A model generated the notes under the pieces. That model did not search any database. It worked only from the letters and a program-made list of their open reading frames with translations, and was not told the DNA's origin. A stretch of DNA of 57,447 nt from Pirellulales bacterium (GTDB lineage Bacteria > Planctomycetota > Planctomycetia > Pirellulales > UBA1268): assembly GCA_044336985.1 (NCBI GenBank), contig JBIIOK010000004.1:1-57447 (forward strand), written 5' to 3'. Below, one piece after another: positions 45,268-53,004 of the stretch. The number at the start of each line of letters is the position of its first letter. The stretch's first letter is position 1. A program made the position numbers and the translations under genes.

Positions 45268-46289
45268 CCGCTCCGCGGCGTTGCTTGGAGCAGCCGCGCG
45301 ATGATCGCATCGGGCGTGATCCCGTCACTGTCGGCCTCGAACGTCGTCACCAGCCGGTGCCGCAGCACGGCGGGGGCCGCGCGTTCGACGTCGCGCATCT
45401 CGGCGCAGGGGCGGCCGTCGAGCGCGGCATGCGCCTTTGCCGCCAGCACGAGAAACTGGCTGGCCCGCGGGCCAGCGCCATAGCGCACGAGCGAAGAAAG
45501 CCAGTCGGGCGCCTCCGGCGCGCGAGGCCGCGTGGACCGCGCGAGGCCCACGGCCCGCCGCATCACGTGCTCGGCGACGGGCATGCTCCGCACGAGCCGC
45601 GAGGCATCGGCGAGCGCTGCGCGGTCGATCACCGGCGCGACCGGCGCGGCCGCGGGGCCGGTCGTGCGGCGGACGATCTCGAGCTCGTCCTCACCGTCGG
45701 GGTAGTCGACTTGGATCAGGAACATGAACCGGTCGAGCTGCCCCTCCGGCAACGGATAGGTGCCTTCCTGCTCGATCGGGTTGCGTGTGGCGAGCACGAA
45801 AAAGGGGTCAGGCAGCGGATGGCCGACGCCGCCGACCGTCACCTGCCCCTCCTGCATCGCCTCGAGCACCGCCGACTGCGTCTTCGGCGGCGCCCGGTTG
45901 ATCTCGTCGGCCAAGAGCACGTTCCTGAAGATCGGTCCGGGAAGAAACCGCGGCCGCCGGCCGCCGGCCCGGTCTTCTTCGAGCACGTCCGTGCCGATGA
46001 TGTCGGCCGGCATGAGGTCGGGCGTGAACTGGATCCGGCCGAAGTCGAGCGCGAGCGACTGCGCGAGCGACTTCACGATCAGCGTCTTGGCGAGGCCCGG
46101 CACGCCCTCGAGGAGGCAGTGCCCGCCGCAGAGGATCGCGGCGAGCAGGTCGCCGAGCACGTCGCGCTGGCCCACGATCACCGGCTCGAGCGCCGCCAAG
46201 AATCGTTCCTTGAGCCTTCCGGTGGCCGCGAGGGCCGCGGCGTCGTCGGTCCGTCCCGGCGGTGCGGAGCGATGGATCGAGGTGCTCAC
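45264..46289 (-). CDS. moxR: MoxR family AAA+ ATPase
   Basis: LEGVPGLAKT, RIQFTPDLMPAD, DEINRAPPKTQSA, NPIEQEGTYPLPEGQLDRF; GTG start after GGAG. Confidence 0.95.
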   Translation of the reverse strand: MSTSIHRSAPPGRTDDAAALAATGRLKERFLAALEPVIVGQRDVLGDLLAAILCGGHCLLEGVPGLAKTLIVKSLAQSLALDFGRIQFTPDLMPADIIGTDVLEEDRAGGRRPRFLPGPIFRNVLLADEINRAPPKTQSAVLEAMQEGQVTVGGVGHPLPDPFFVLATRNPIEQEGTYPLPEGQLDRFMFLIQVDYPDGEDELEIVRRTTGPAAAPVAPVIDRAALADASRLVRSMPVAEHVMRRAVGLARSTRPRAPEAPDWLSSLVRYGAGPRASQFLVLAAKAHAALDGRPCAEMRDVERAAPAVLRHRLVTTFEADSDGITPDAIIARLLQATPRSG

Positions 46290-47113
46290 GGTCGTGCTCC
46301 CGTTGGCGTGGCATTGATCTGGCTTGGCATGGCATTGAGCTGGCGACCATCGCGGCTGAAGACCGCCACGTTGCCGGCGCGGGTGTCGATGGTGACGAGC
46401 CCGTCGTCGAGCCGTGCGCTGCGTTTGCGCGGTGCATGGTCGATGCCGTCGGCCGCGATGGCCGATCCCAGCGGCCTGGTCCAGATCACATGCCCGTCGC
46501 GCAGGTCGTAGGCCGCGAGGTGGAGCCAGTCGGCCGGCTCGCGGCTGCGCACGACGCAATAGACCCGCGCGGCATCGGCCGCGGGCGCTCCGTCGAACAC
46601 GGTCGGCCGGGGCGGGCCGCCGTCGTGGGTGACGGCCGGAGGCGGGGCGATCCATGCGAGCCGCCCCTCGGCGGCGGCCGAGAGATCGAGGCAGACAAGC
46701 GCCGCCGCATCGTCGTCATCGTCGGTGGCGGAGATTCCGTCGAGGATGGCGATCGCGCGGGCGGCACTCGAGCAGGCTGTCAGGGGCGGCAGATTTTTTG
46801 TCGCCCCGGTGCGGAGGCGGGCCGCGGCCACGCCCCTTGGAAAAAGCAGGCTGTCGGTCACAGGCGACGGGTCTTTCCCGTCTCTCGAGTCTTTCCACGG
46901 CTGGCTGCCATCGGCGAAGCGCACCGCATGGACGTCGCGGCCCGTATTCCACACGATGAGATCACCGCAGCGAATCGGCTCGAAGTTGTTGTCCACGGCT
47001 GGGCCCGCGCCCAGCGAGGCTGCCAAGGTCACGCATGCCGCCACGATGGCTCCCCGGGGCCGGCATGGTCCGATTGGAGGATTTGTGCGGGAGCGGTGGG
47101 CCGATCGCGGCAT
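46286..47113 (-). CDS. PQQ-type beta-propeller repeat protein (short)
   Basis: LVCLDL...EGRLAW, YDLRDGHVIW, AGNVAVFSRDG; start uncertain. Confidence 0.6.
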   Translation of the reverse strand: MPRSAHRSRTNPPIGPCRPRGAIVAACVTLAASLGAGPAVDNNFEPIRCGDLIVWNTGRDVHAVRFADGSQPWKDSRDGKDPSPVTDSLLFPRGVAAARLRTGATKNLPPLTACSSAARAIAILDGISATDDDDDAAALVCLDLSAAAEGRLAWIAPPPAVTHDGGPPRPTVFDGAPAADAARVYCVVRSREPADWLHLAAYDLRDGHVIWTRPLGSAIAADGIDHAPRKRSARLDDGLVTIDTRAGNVAVFSRDGRQLNAMPSQINATPTGARP

Positions 47114-47209
47114 GAATGAACCCGCCAAGGAGAACGGATTTCCGGCAGGAAGAACACTTTTGAAGTATAAGTCGGGGAGGAATTTCGCGGAAACCGCCCG
47201 AGCATTTCC

Positions 47210-48274
47210 ATGGCCCGACCGCAGGACGAAGACCTCTTCCAAAGCTCGACGATGACGTTCGGCGAGCACCTCGAGGAGTTGCGCGTCTGCCTGATCCGCG
47301 GCGCTTTGGGCCTTGCCTTGGGCGTGCTGGCGGGCTTCTTCGTGGCGCAGCCCTTTGTTCACCTGATCGAGCAGCCGCTCCGTCGGGCGCTGGGGGACTA
47401 CTACACGAAGCGGTCGATCGAGACGTTCGACGCCTGGCAGCCGCGCACCGCCGGAGGCGCCCCCCTGCCCTACTCCCGCGAGGAGGTGATCGACGCCGTC
47501 GAGCGGCACGGCCTCTCGTTCGAACTCCGCGAGGTGCATCCCGACCGGTTGGCCCGCGCCTTGTCACCGTCGGCGGCGCCCGAGGCTGGCGATGCCGCCG
47601 CCACGGGCAAGCCAGCCCTGTTCGATCCCGCCGCCCTCGCCCCCGTCCTCCTCTGGCAGCCGCTCGCGAAGGACGCGCGGGTGAGCATCACCACGCTCTC
47701 GGCCCAGGAGGCCTTTGGCATCTACGTGAAGGCGGCGCTCCTCGTGGGCGTCGTCCTCGCGAGCCCCTGGATCTTCTACCAGCTCTGGACGTTCGTGGCG
47801 GCGGGCCTCTATCCGCACGAGAAGCGGTGGGTGCGGCTCTTCCTGCCGGTCAGCATCGGCCTCTTCCTCGCCGGCGTGTCGCTCGCGTTCTTCTTCGTCT
47901 TCGACTTCGTGCTCGACTACCTGCTGCAGTTCAACCAGTGGCTGGGGCTCGATCCTGATCCCCGCATCAGCGAGTGGCTCTCCTTCGTGCTGATCCTGCC
48001 GATCGGCTTCGGCCTCGGATTCCAGCTGCCGCTGGTGATGCTCTTCCTCGAGCGGATCGGCATCTTCGACGTCGCGACGTATATCGCGCAGTGGCGGATC
48101 GCGGTGCTCGTGATCTTCGTCGTGTCGGCCGTGCTCACGCCGGCCGATCCTTACAGCCTGCTCTTTTTGGCGATCCCCCTCTGCCTGCTCTATTTCGGCG
48201 GCCTGGCCATCTGCCGCTGGCTGCCCCCCGCCGGCAGCTCACCGCGCCACGAACGCGAGCCAGTAAAACACTGA
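47210..48274 (+). CDS. tatC: Twin-arginine translocase TatC
   Basis: MTFGEHLEELR, YQLWTFVAAGLYPHEK, GFQLP, AVLTPADP. Confidence 0.95.
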   Translation: MARPQDEDLFQSSTMTFGEHLEELRVCLIRGALGLALGVLAGFFVAQPFVHLIEQPLRRALGDYYTKRSIETFDAWQPRTAGGAPLPYSREEVIDAVERHGLSFELREVHPDRLARALSPSAAPEAGDAAATGKPALFDPAALAPVLLWQPLAKDARVSITTLSAQEAFGIYVKAALLVGVVLASPWIFYQLWTFVAAGLYPHEKRWVRLFLPVSIGLFLAGVSLAFFFVFDFVLDYLLQFNQWLGLDPDPRISEWLSFVLILPIGFGLGFQLPLVMLFLERIGIFDVATYIAQWRIAVLVIFVVSAVLTPADPYSLLFLAIPLCLLYFGGLAICRWLPPAGSSPRHEREPVKH

Positions 48275-48754
48275 CCCGGTGATCGCGGTGAGCACGAGGT
48301 CGATGCCGGCGAGCCGCGCCATCGTCATGTGACGCCGGCTGTGGGCGGAGGGCTCTGGTGGCGAGGGGAAACGCACCGCGGCCTCCCAGAGCACCCAGAT
48401 CAGGAGCACGAGCGACGACACGGCGAAGATGAGATGAATGCCGAGCGCCGTGAGCACGCCGGCCGGCCACCACGGGCTCGCCGCCGCCCGAAGCTTCCAG
48501 TCGCTCACGAGCCGCACGTCGATCTCGAAGATGACGATCGCCGTCAGGAGCGCCGCGGCGATGATCCACTGCAGCCGCTTGTGGGCCGCGAAGTTCCGCC
48601 GGTTGCGGACGAGGTGCACGCTCCAGGCGAGGAGCGGCAGCACTGCGAACAGGCCGACGAGGACCACGTCCATGCCGAGCGACGCGCGGGTGCCAAGAAA
48701 CCCGTCGATGCCGCCCGGTGCCGGGGCGGCCGTGGAAGCGGCTTCAGAATTCAA
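48239..48754 (-). CDS. DUF420-like four-TM membrane protein
   Basis: GFLGTRAS..MD, AHKRLQ, FEIDVR, GIHLIFA; TTG start; convergent overlap with tatC. Confidence 0.75.
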   Translation of the reverse strand: MNSEAASTAAPAPGGIDGFLGTRASLGMDVVLVGLFAVLPLLAWSVHLVRNRRNFAAHKRLQWIIAAALLTAIVIFEIDVRLVSDWKLRAAASPWWPAGVLTALGIHLIFAVSSLVLLIWVLWEAAVRFPSPPEPSAHSRRHMTMARLAGIDLVLTAITGSVFYWLAFVAR

Positions 48755-48880
48755 CGCAGTCCTTTCGATTCCGTGCGGAGTCGGCAGTGTAACGTGCGGT
48801 CGGCCCAGGCTTCGTCCTCATCTTGGGTGGTGGCCGATTTGCAGCCGCCTTGGCCGCACTGATACGATCGCGCGAACGAC

Positions 48881-48966
48881 GGCCGAGTGGCGAAACTGGC
48901 AGACGCACGGGACTTAAAATCCCGGGGAGAGAAATCTCCGTGCGGGTTCAAGTCCCGCCTCGGCCA
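48881..48966 (+). tRNA. tRNA-Leu, anticodon UAA (CCA not encoded)
   Basis: Acceptor GGCCGAG/CTCGGCC plus A; anticodon arm cggga-ctTAAaa-tcccg; long variable arm; GTTCAAG T-loop. Confidence 0.96.
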
Positions 48967-49010
48967 CTGCCTCGAGGTTGCCGCCGGCTCGCCCTTTTGG
49001 GGTTCCCCCG

Positions 49011-49126
49011 ACGGAAGCCCGCAGCGCAAGCAAGGTCCATCCGCCCTCCACTCCGACCTGCGCCGCCCGCACCCGCCCTGCGAGAAGCCGCCCCAACGCT
49101 CCTCGCTCGCGCGTCGGGCTTTCGTA
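49011..49126. mobile_element. Family D MITE-like element
   Basis: acggaagcccgcagcgcaagcaagg...cctcgctcgcgcgtcgggctttcgta, about 45 bp after the tRNA; mobility is inferred. Confidence 0.65.
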
Positions 49127-49278
49127 GTAGCCCCGCGTTTCCCCGGTCTTACTCCAATCCCAGCGGGTTTTTTGCAGGCCAGCCATTTCGGGTTGATTCG
49201 CGGCCAGCCGCGTCTGTATCTGTCTGCTCGCTGTCCGGGTATGCCGGCGTCGGAAGTTTTGCTTGGAGGCGATCGAGC

Positions 49279-49518
49279 ATGGCGGTGGAATGCAGGCAGA
49301 AGGCCGTTGAAGAGGCACGGGGCCGCCGAACGGCGGCGCGGCGGCAGGCAGGCGGCGCGGCGGTCTGGATTCCGTGGCTCGCCGCTCCGCTCTTTGCCCT
49401 CACGCCGATCGGTGGCTGTGCCCTGGCCGACAACTACCGCAAGGCGACGATCCAGGCGGCCGCGGCGCCGGTGGTGCCGGTGGAAGCGGTTGTGACGCGC
49501 GGGTTTCCCGCCCGCTGA
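49279..49518 (+). CDS. Possible small hypothetical protein
   Basis: GGAGG upstream; hydrophobic stretch ending IGGC; no other support. Confidence 0.3.
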   Translation: MAVECRQKAVEEARGRRTAARRQAGGAAVWIPWLAAPLFALTPIGGCALADNYRKATIQAAAAPVVPVEAVVTRGFPAR

Positions 49519-49593
49519 CGGGCGATTGGCGTCGGCCGCGATGGCGCACTAGTTTTGCCGAGGAAGCCCCAACTGCCTCCTCGGAGCCATCGC

Positions 49594-51567
49594 ATGTCGC
49601 TGCGGTCCAGAATTGCTCTCATCGCCACGCTGCTCGTGCTCGCCGCCATCGTGGTGAACACGCTCCTGCAGACCTTCGCCGCACGGCGGGCCGTGCTGCA
49701 GCAGGCGCAGGCCGGTGGTGACGGCGTCGCCGAGTCGCTCGCCCGCGCCGTGGCGTTTGCGCAGGAGGTGCCGCTGCAGGTCGAAGACGAGATCGGCCGG
49801 CAGATGCAGGCGCAGGCCGCGCTCGTCGCGCAGCTCGTGGCGGTGGCCGAGAAGGCCGGCGTGACGGCGGCCGACCTCAAGGATCGCTTCCGCCAGGTCG
49901 TCGACCGGACGGTGCTCGACGAGATTTTAGCGACCGACTCCACGGGCCGCATCACGCTGCAGGCCGGCGACATCGACTTTACGTTTTCTCCCGACCCGGC
50001 CAAGCAGCCGCAGGCGCACGTCTTCCACAAGCTGCTCGGCGGCGACGTGCCGGTGGTGGTTCAGGAATCCCGCAAGCGGGAGATCGACAGCCGCGTCTTC
50101 AAATACGCGGGTGTCGGCGGCGTCGACAAGGCACGGATCGTGCAGGTGGGGATGGAGGCGACGTTTCTCGACAGGCTGTACCGGAACCTCGGCCTGCGAC
50201 GGCTGGTCAACGAGCTGGTGGCGGGGGAGGTTCGCGAGGTGCGCATCCTCGATTCGCAGCTGACGCCGATCGTCACGCGGCGGGTCGACGAGCGCGGCAG
50301 CGCGTCCGACGCCGATCTGCCGCTCGTGCCGCGCGACGCGGCGATCGTCCGCGACTGCATCGCCGGCAACCGGCCCGTCGGACGGTTCGAGAGCGGGTTC
50401 TACCGGGTCGCCACTCCGGTCAAGCAGGCGGACGGCCGCCCGGCCGGCGCCGTCCTCGTCACGATCTCCACCAAGTCGAGCCGCGACGTGCTCTGGTGGC
50501 AGGCGGCCGGCGCCCTCGCCTCGTCGCTCGTCGTCGGCCTGCCCGGCGTGCTCGCGGCGCTCTGGCTGGCGCGGTCGATCGCCGATCCGGTGCGACAGTC
50601 GCTCGAGGTCGCGGAGGCGATCGCGGAGGGGGATCTCACCGGCGATGTGCCCGCGGGGGGCGACGACGAGGTCGGCCGGCTCCTCGGGGCCTTCGGCCGG
50701 ATGAGCCACTCGCTCGGCGGCCTGATCGGTCGCATCCAGGCCGCCGGCGAGCGGCTCTCGACCGTGGAGGAGGAGGCGGCCGGAGCCCTGGCTCGTCAGG
50801 ACCGCGCCGTGCGCGACTTCAGCGGCTCCGCCACGGAGATCTCCTCGGCCGTCTCCGAGATCTCCGCCACCAGCGAAGAATTGCTCGGGGCCACGAGCGA
50901 GGTGACCGCGGCGGCGCGTGAAGCCGCGCGGGTGGCCGACGAGGGCCGCGGCGGGCTCGAGAGCATGACGGCCTCGATGCAGCACCTCGACGAGGCCATG
51001 AATGCGTTCACCCGCAAGCTCTCCACGATCAGCCAACGGGCCAGCGGCATCACGTCGGTGGTCACGACGATCGCCAAGGTGGCCGACCAGACCAACCTGC
51101 TCTCCGTGAACGCCACGATCGAGGCGGAGAAGGCGGGCGAATCGGGGCGGGGCTTCCGGATCGTGGCCCAGGAAATCCGGCGGCTGGCCGATCAGACGGC
51201 ACTCGCCACGCAGGACATCGAACGCATGGTTCGCGACATGCAGGCGGCCGTGTCGAGCGGCACTATGGAGATGGACCGGTTTCGCAACGAGGTGAGCCAG
51301 CGGATCGCGGAGGTGGCCGGAGTCAGCGAGCGGCTCGGCCGGATCATCGAGCCCGTGCAATCGGTGACCAGGTCGCTCGAGCATGTCCACGAGGGGATGC
51401 AATCGCAGTCGCAGGGCGCCCGGCAGATCCGCGACGCCATGGAATCGCTGCGGTCGGGCGCCGGCGAATCGGCCGCGTCGATGGCGGTCTTCACGGCGAC
51501 GCTCGACGAACTGCGTCGCTCGATTTCGGAACTCAACGCCGAAGCCTCGCGATTCCGCACCGGGTAG
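49594..51567 (+). CDS. Methyl-accepting chemotaxis protein (WspA-like tip)
   Basis: Two TMs, periplasmic sensor, HAMP (IAEGDL..DEVGRL), KVADQTNLLSVNATIEAEKAGESGRGF. Confidence 0.93.
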   Translation: MSLRSRIALIATLLVLAAIVVNTLLQTFAARRAVLQQAQAGGDGVAESLARAVAFAQEVPLQVEDEIGRQMQAQAALVAQLVAVAEKAGVTAADLKDRFRQVVDRTVLDEILATDSTGRITLQAGDIDFTFSPDPAKQPQAHVFHKLLGGDVPVVVQESRKREIDSRVFKYAGVGGVDKARIVQVGMEATFLDRLYRNLGLRRLVNELVAGEVREVRILDSQLTPIVTRRVDERGSASDADLPLVPRDAAIVRDCIAGNRPVGRFESGFYRVATPVKQADGRPAGAVLVTISTKSSRDVLWWQAAGALASSLVVGLPGVLAALWLARSIADPVRQSLEVAEAIAEGDLTGDVPAGGDDEVGRLLGAFGRMSHSLGGLIGRIQAAGERLSTVEEEAAGALARQDRAVRDFSGSATEISSAVSEISATSEELLGATSEVTAAAREAARVADEGRGGLESMTASMQHLDEAMNAFTRKLSTISQRASGITSVVTTIAKVADQTNLLSVNATIEAEKAGESGRGFRIVAQEIRRLADQTALATQDIERMVRDMQAAVSSGTMEMDRFRNEVSQRIAEVAGVSERLGRIIEPVQSVTRSLEHVHEGMQSQSQGARQIRDAMESLRSGAGESAASMAVFTATLDELRRSISELNAEASRFRTG

Positions 51568-51575
51568 GACGAAAA

Positions 51576-51631
51576 GTAGACCGCTTCCTCCGGAAGCGGT
51601 TTTGGATCCGCTTCGGGACGAAGCGGTCTAC
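51576..51631. repeat. Family B REP inverted doublet
   Basis: gtagaccgcttcctccggaagcggt (51576-600) and gatccgcttcgggacgaagcggtctac (51605-31). Confidence 0.85.
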
Positions 51632-51634
51632 TTT

Positions 51635-51656
51635 GACAGGCTGAAGCCTGTCCTAC
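51635..51656 (-). repeat. Family A REP containing the TAG stop of the thioredoxin gene
   Basis: gacaggctgaagcctgtcctac; stop at 51653-55. Confidence 0.9.
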
Positions 51657-52627
51657 CTTCTTGCGGAGTCGCCGATGCGGGCGGCCTGGCGGGCGGCCAG
51701 GAAGCGGCGGAGGCCGTTGACGATCCGCGACGGGGGCTGGGCGCCCGACTGGCTGAAGAGCGGCGTCTGGCCGTCATCGGTCACGATCAATTCGACCGAT
51801 TCCGGCGGGAGTTCCACGCCACCGAGCAGGTTGTCGAGCGACTGGGCCGTCGGCGAGCCGCTCGGGGCGGTCGGGGCCACGTGGGCCACGACGAAGTTTT
51901 CCCTGGCAAACGACTCGAATTCCGGGTCGTTGATGAGCGAATCGGTATGGGTTTTGGCCGCATCGTCGCCCGGACGGGCCACGACGAGCAGGATCGGCCG
52001 CTTGACGCCCCGGGCGGTTTCCACGGCCTTGTCGAGGGATTCGTGGACCTTGCCCGCCGCCTTGACCGCATTCGGGATGGACTGCTGGGTGTGGACTGCC
52101 GCCACCCTCGGGGACGGCATGTGCCCCGTCATCTGGGCCAGCCAGACCTCGGCCGACTGGCCGGTATAGCCGGACTGGCCGGCCAGTTTCTCGCCATCGG
52201 CGGCCAGGAGCAGGACGCTCGGAAACGTCCGGACGCCGTACTTGATGCAGACCTGCGACCTTTCGCTGCGGACGGCCTGGGAAATGCCGTTTTGAGGCAG
52301 GTCGATCATCAGCAGAACGACGTTCGAATCGGCCCACTCACGGAAGACGTCGGTGGAAAACACATTGTTTTCAAGGGTTTTGCAGTGGGGGCACCAGTCG
52401 CTGCCGGTGAACAGGGCCACCACCGGGCGACCGGTCCGGTCGGCCGCGGCCATGGCCTCGTCATAGCTGGTGAGCCAGTTCTCGAGGGCCGAAGCCGTCT
52501 GGCAGGCCGAAACAAGGCCGACGACGAGCGCGAAAATCGCCCCCAGCCGCAGGAAACGTCGGCGTGAAAAGCCCGCATGAACGGGCCGGCTGCCATGAAT
52601 CGAGACCAGGGCCTGCGTTAAACGCAT
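51653..52627 (-). CDS. Exported thioredoxin-family protein with two Trx-like domains
   Basis: AAGGAGG RBS; SRRRFL leader; FTGSDWCPHC; cis-Pro TFP. Confidence 0.88.
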   Translation of the reverse strand: MRLTQALVSIHGSRPVHAGFSRRRFLRLGAIFALVVGLVSACQTASALENWLTSYDEAMAAADRTGRPVVALFTGSDWCPHCKTLENNVFSTDVFREWADSNVVLLMIDLPQNGISQAVRSERSQVCIKYGVRTFPSVLLLAADGEKLAGQSGYTGQSAEVWLAQMTGHMPSPRVAAVHTQQSIPNAVKAAGKVHESLDKAVETARGVKRPILLVVARPGDDAAKTHTDSLINDPEFESFARENFVVAHVAPTAPSGSPTAQSLDNLLGGVELPPESVELIVTDDGQTPLFSQSGAQPPSRIVNGLRRFLAARQAARIGDSARR

Positions 52628-52883
52628 CGTCGTTTGCCTCCTTGCTCACCACCCTCACCTTTCATCGGGCGAGGACGGCAGTCTCCAAGAGAGTTCTGTC
52701 CGTGAATCAACGAGGAAAAGGCTAGCTGCACCGGAAGAATCTGTAAATCTAGGCAGCCTACGTAGGTTGTGCGTCTTTCCTATTTGCCCCAATCCGGCTG
52801 TTGCGTAAGGACTTAGGTCCCGTTTCAATCCCCCTCCTTTGGGAAAAACGCAGGCTGAAACGGCTGCTCGTCGGTTTACGGGC

Positions 52884-52905
52884 GACAGGCTGAAGCCTGT
52901 CCTAC
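52884..52905 (-). repeat. Family A REP
   Basis: gacaggctgaagcctgtcctac. Confidence 0.9.
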
Positions 52906-52942
52906 TTTCAGCGGCCTGGATGTCGCCGGGTTCGCGCCTGGC

Positions 52943-52984
52943 AAAAAACGGCGGGGCCCACCGTTTCCGGTGGGCCCCGCTTTT
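52943..52984 (-). terminator. Intrinsic terminator of the porin gene (possibly bidirectional)
   Basis: 13-bp perfect stem gcggggcccaccg / cggtgggccccgc, GAAA loop on minus strand, A-run and T-run flanks. Confidence 0.88.
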
Positions 52985-53004
52985 CGCTTTTGATCGACGT
53001 CGAA

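Noticed and set aside
40551-45304. Plus-strand ORFs of 478 and 908 aa
   Set aside because: Ser/Ala-rich antisense shadows of the MoxR operon with no recognisable motifs
48239-48274. Convergent 3' overlaps (tatC/DUF420; also 25464-25483)
   Set aside because: Short tail-to-tail overlaps are common and carry no specific signal
48881-49130. Genomic island integrated at tRNA-Leu
   Set aside because: No integrase and no duplicate of the tRNA 3' end was found by eye in the window
52630-52880. AT-richer intergenic stretch as a possible riboswitch or ncRNA
   Set aside because: Only short hairpins; no recognisable aptamer; compatible with the thioredoxin promoter
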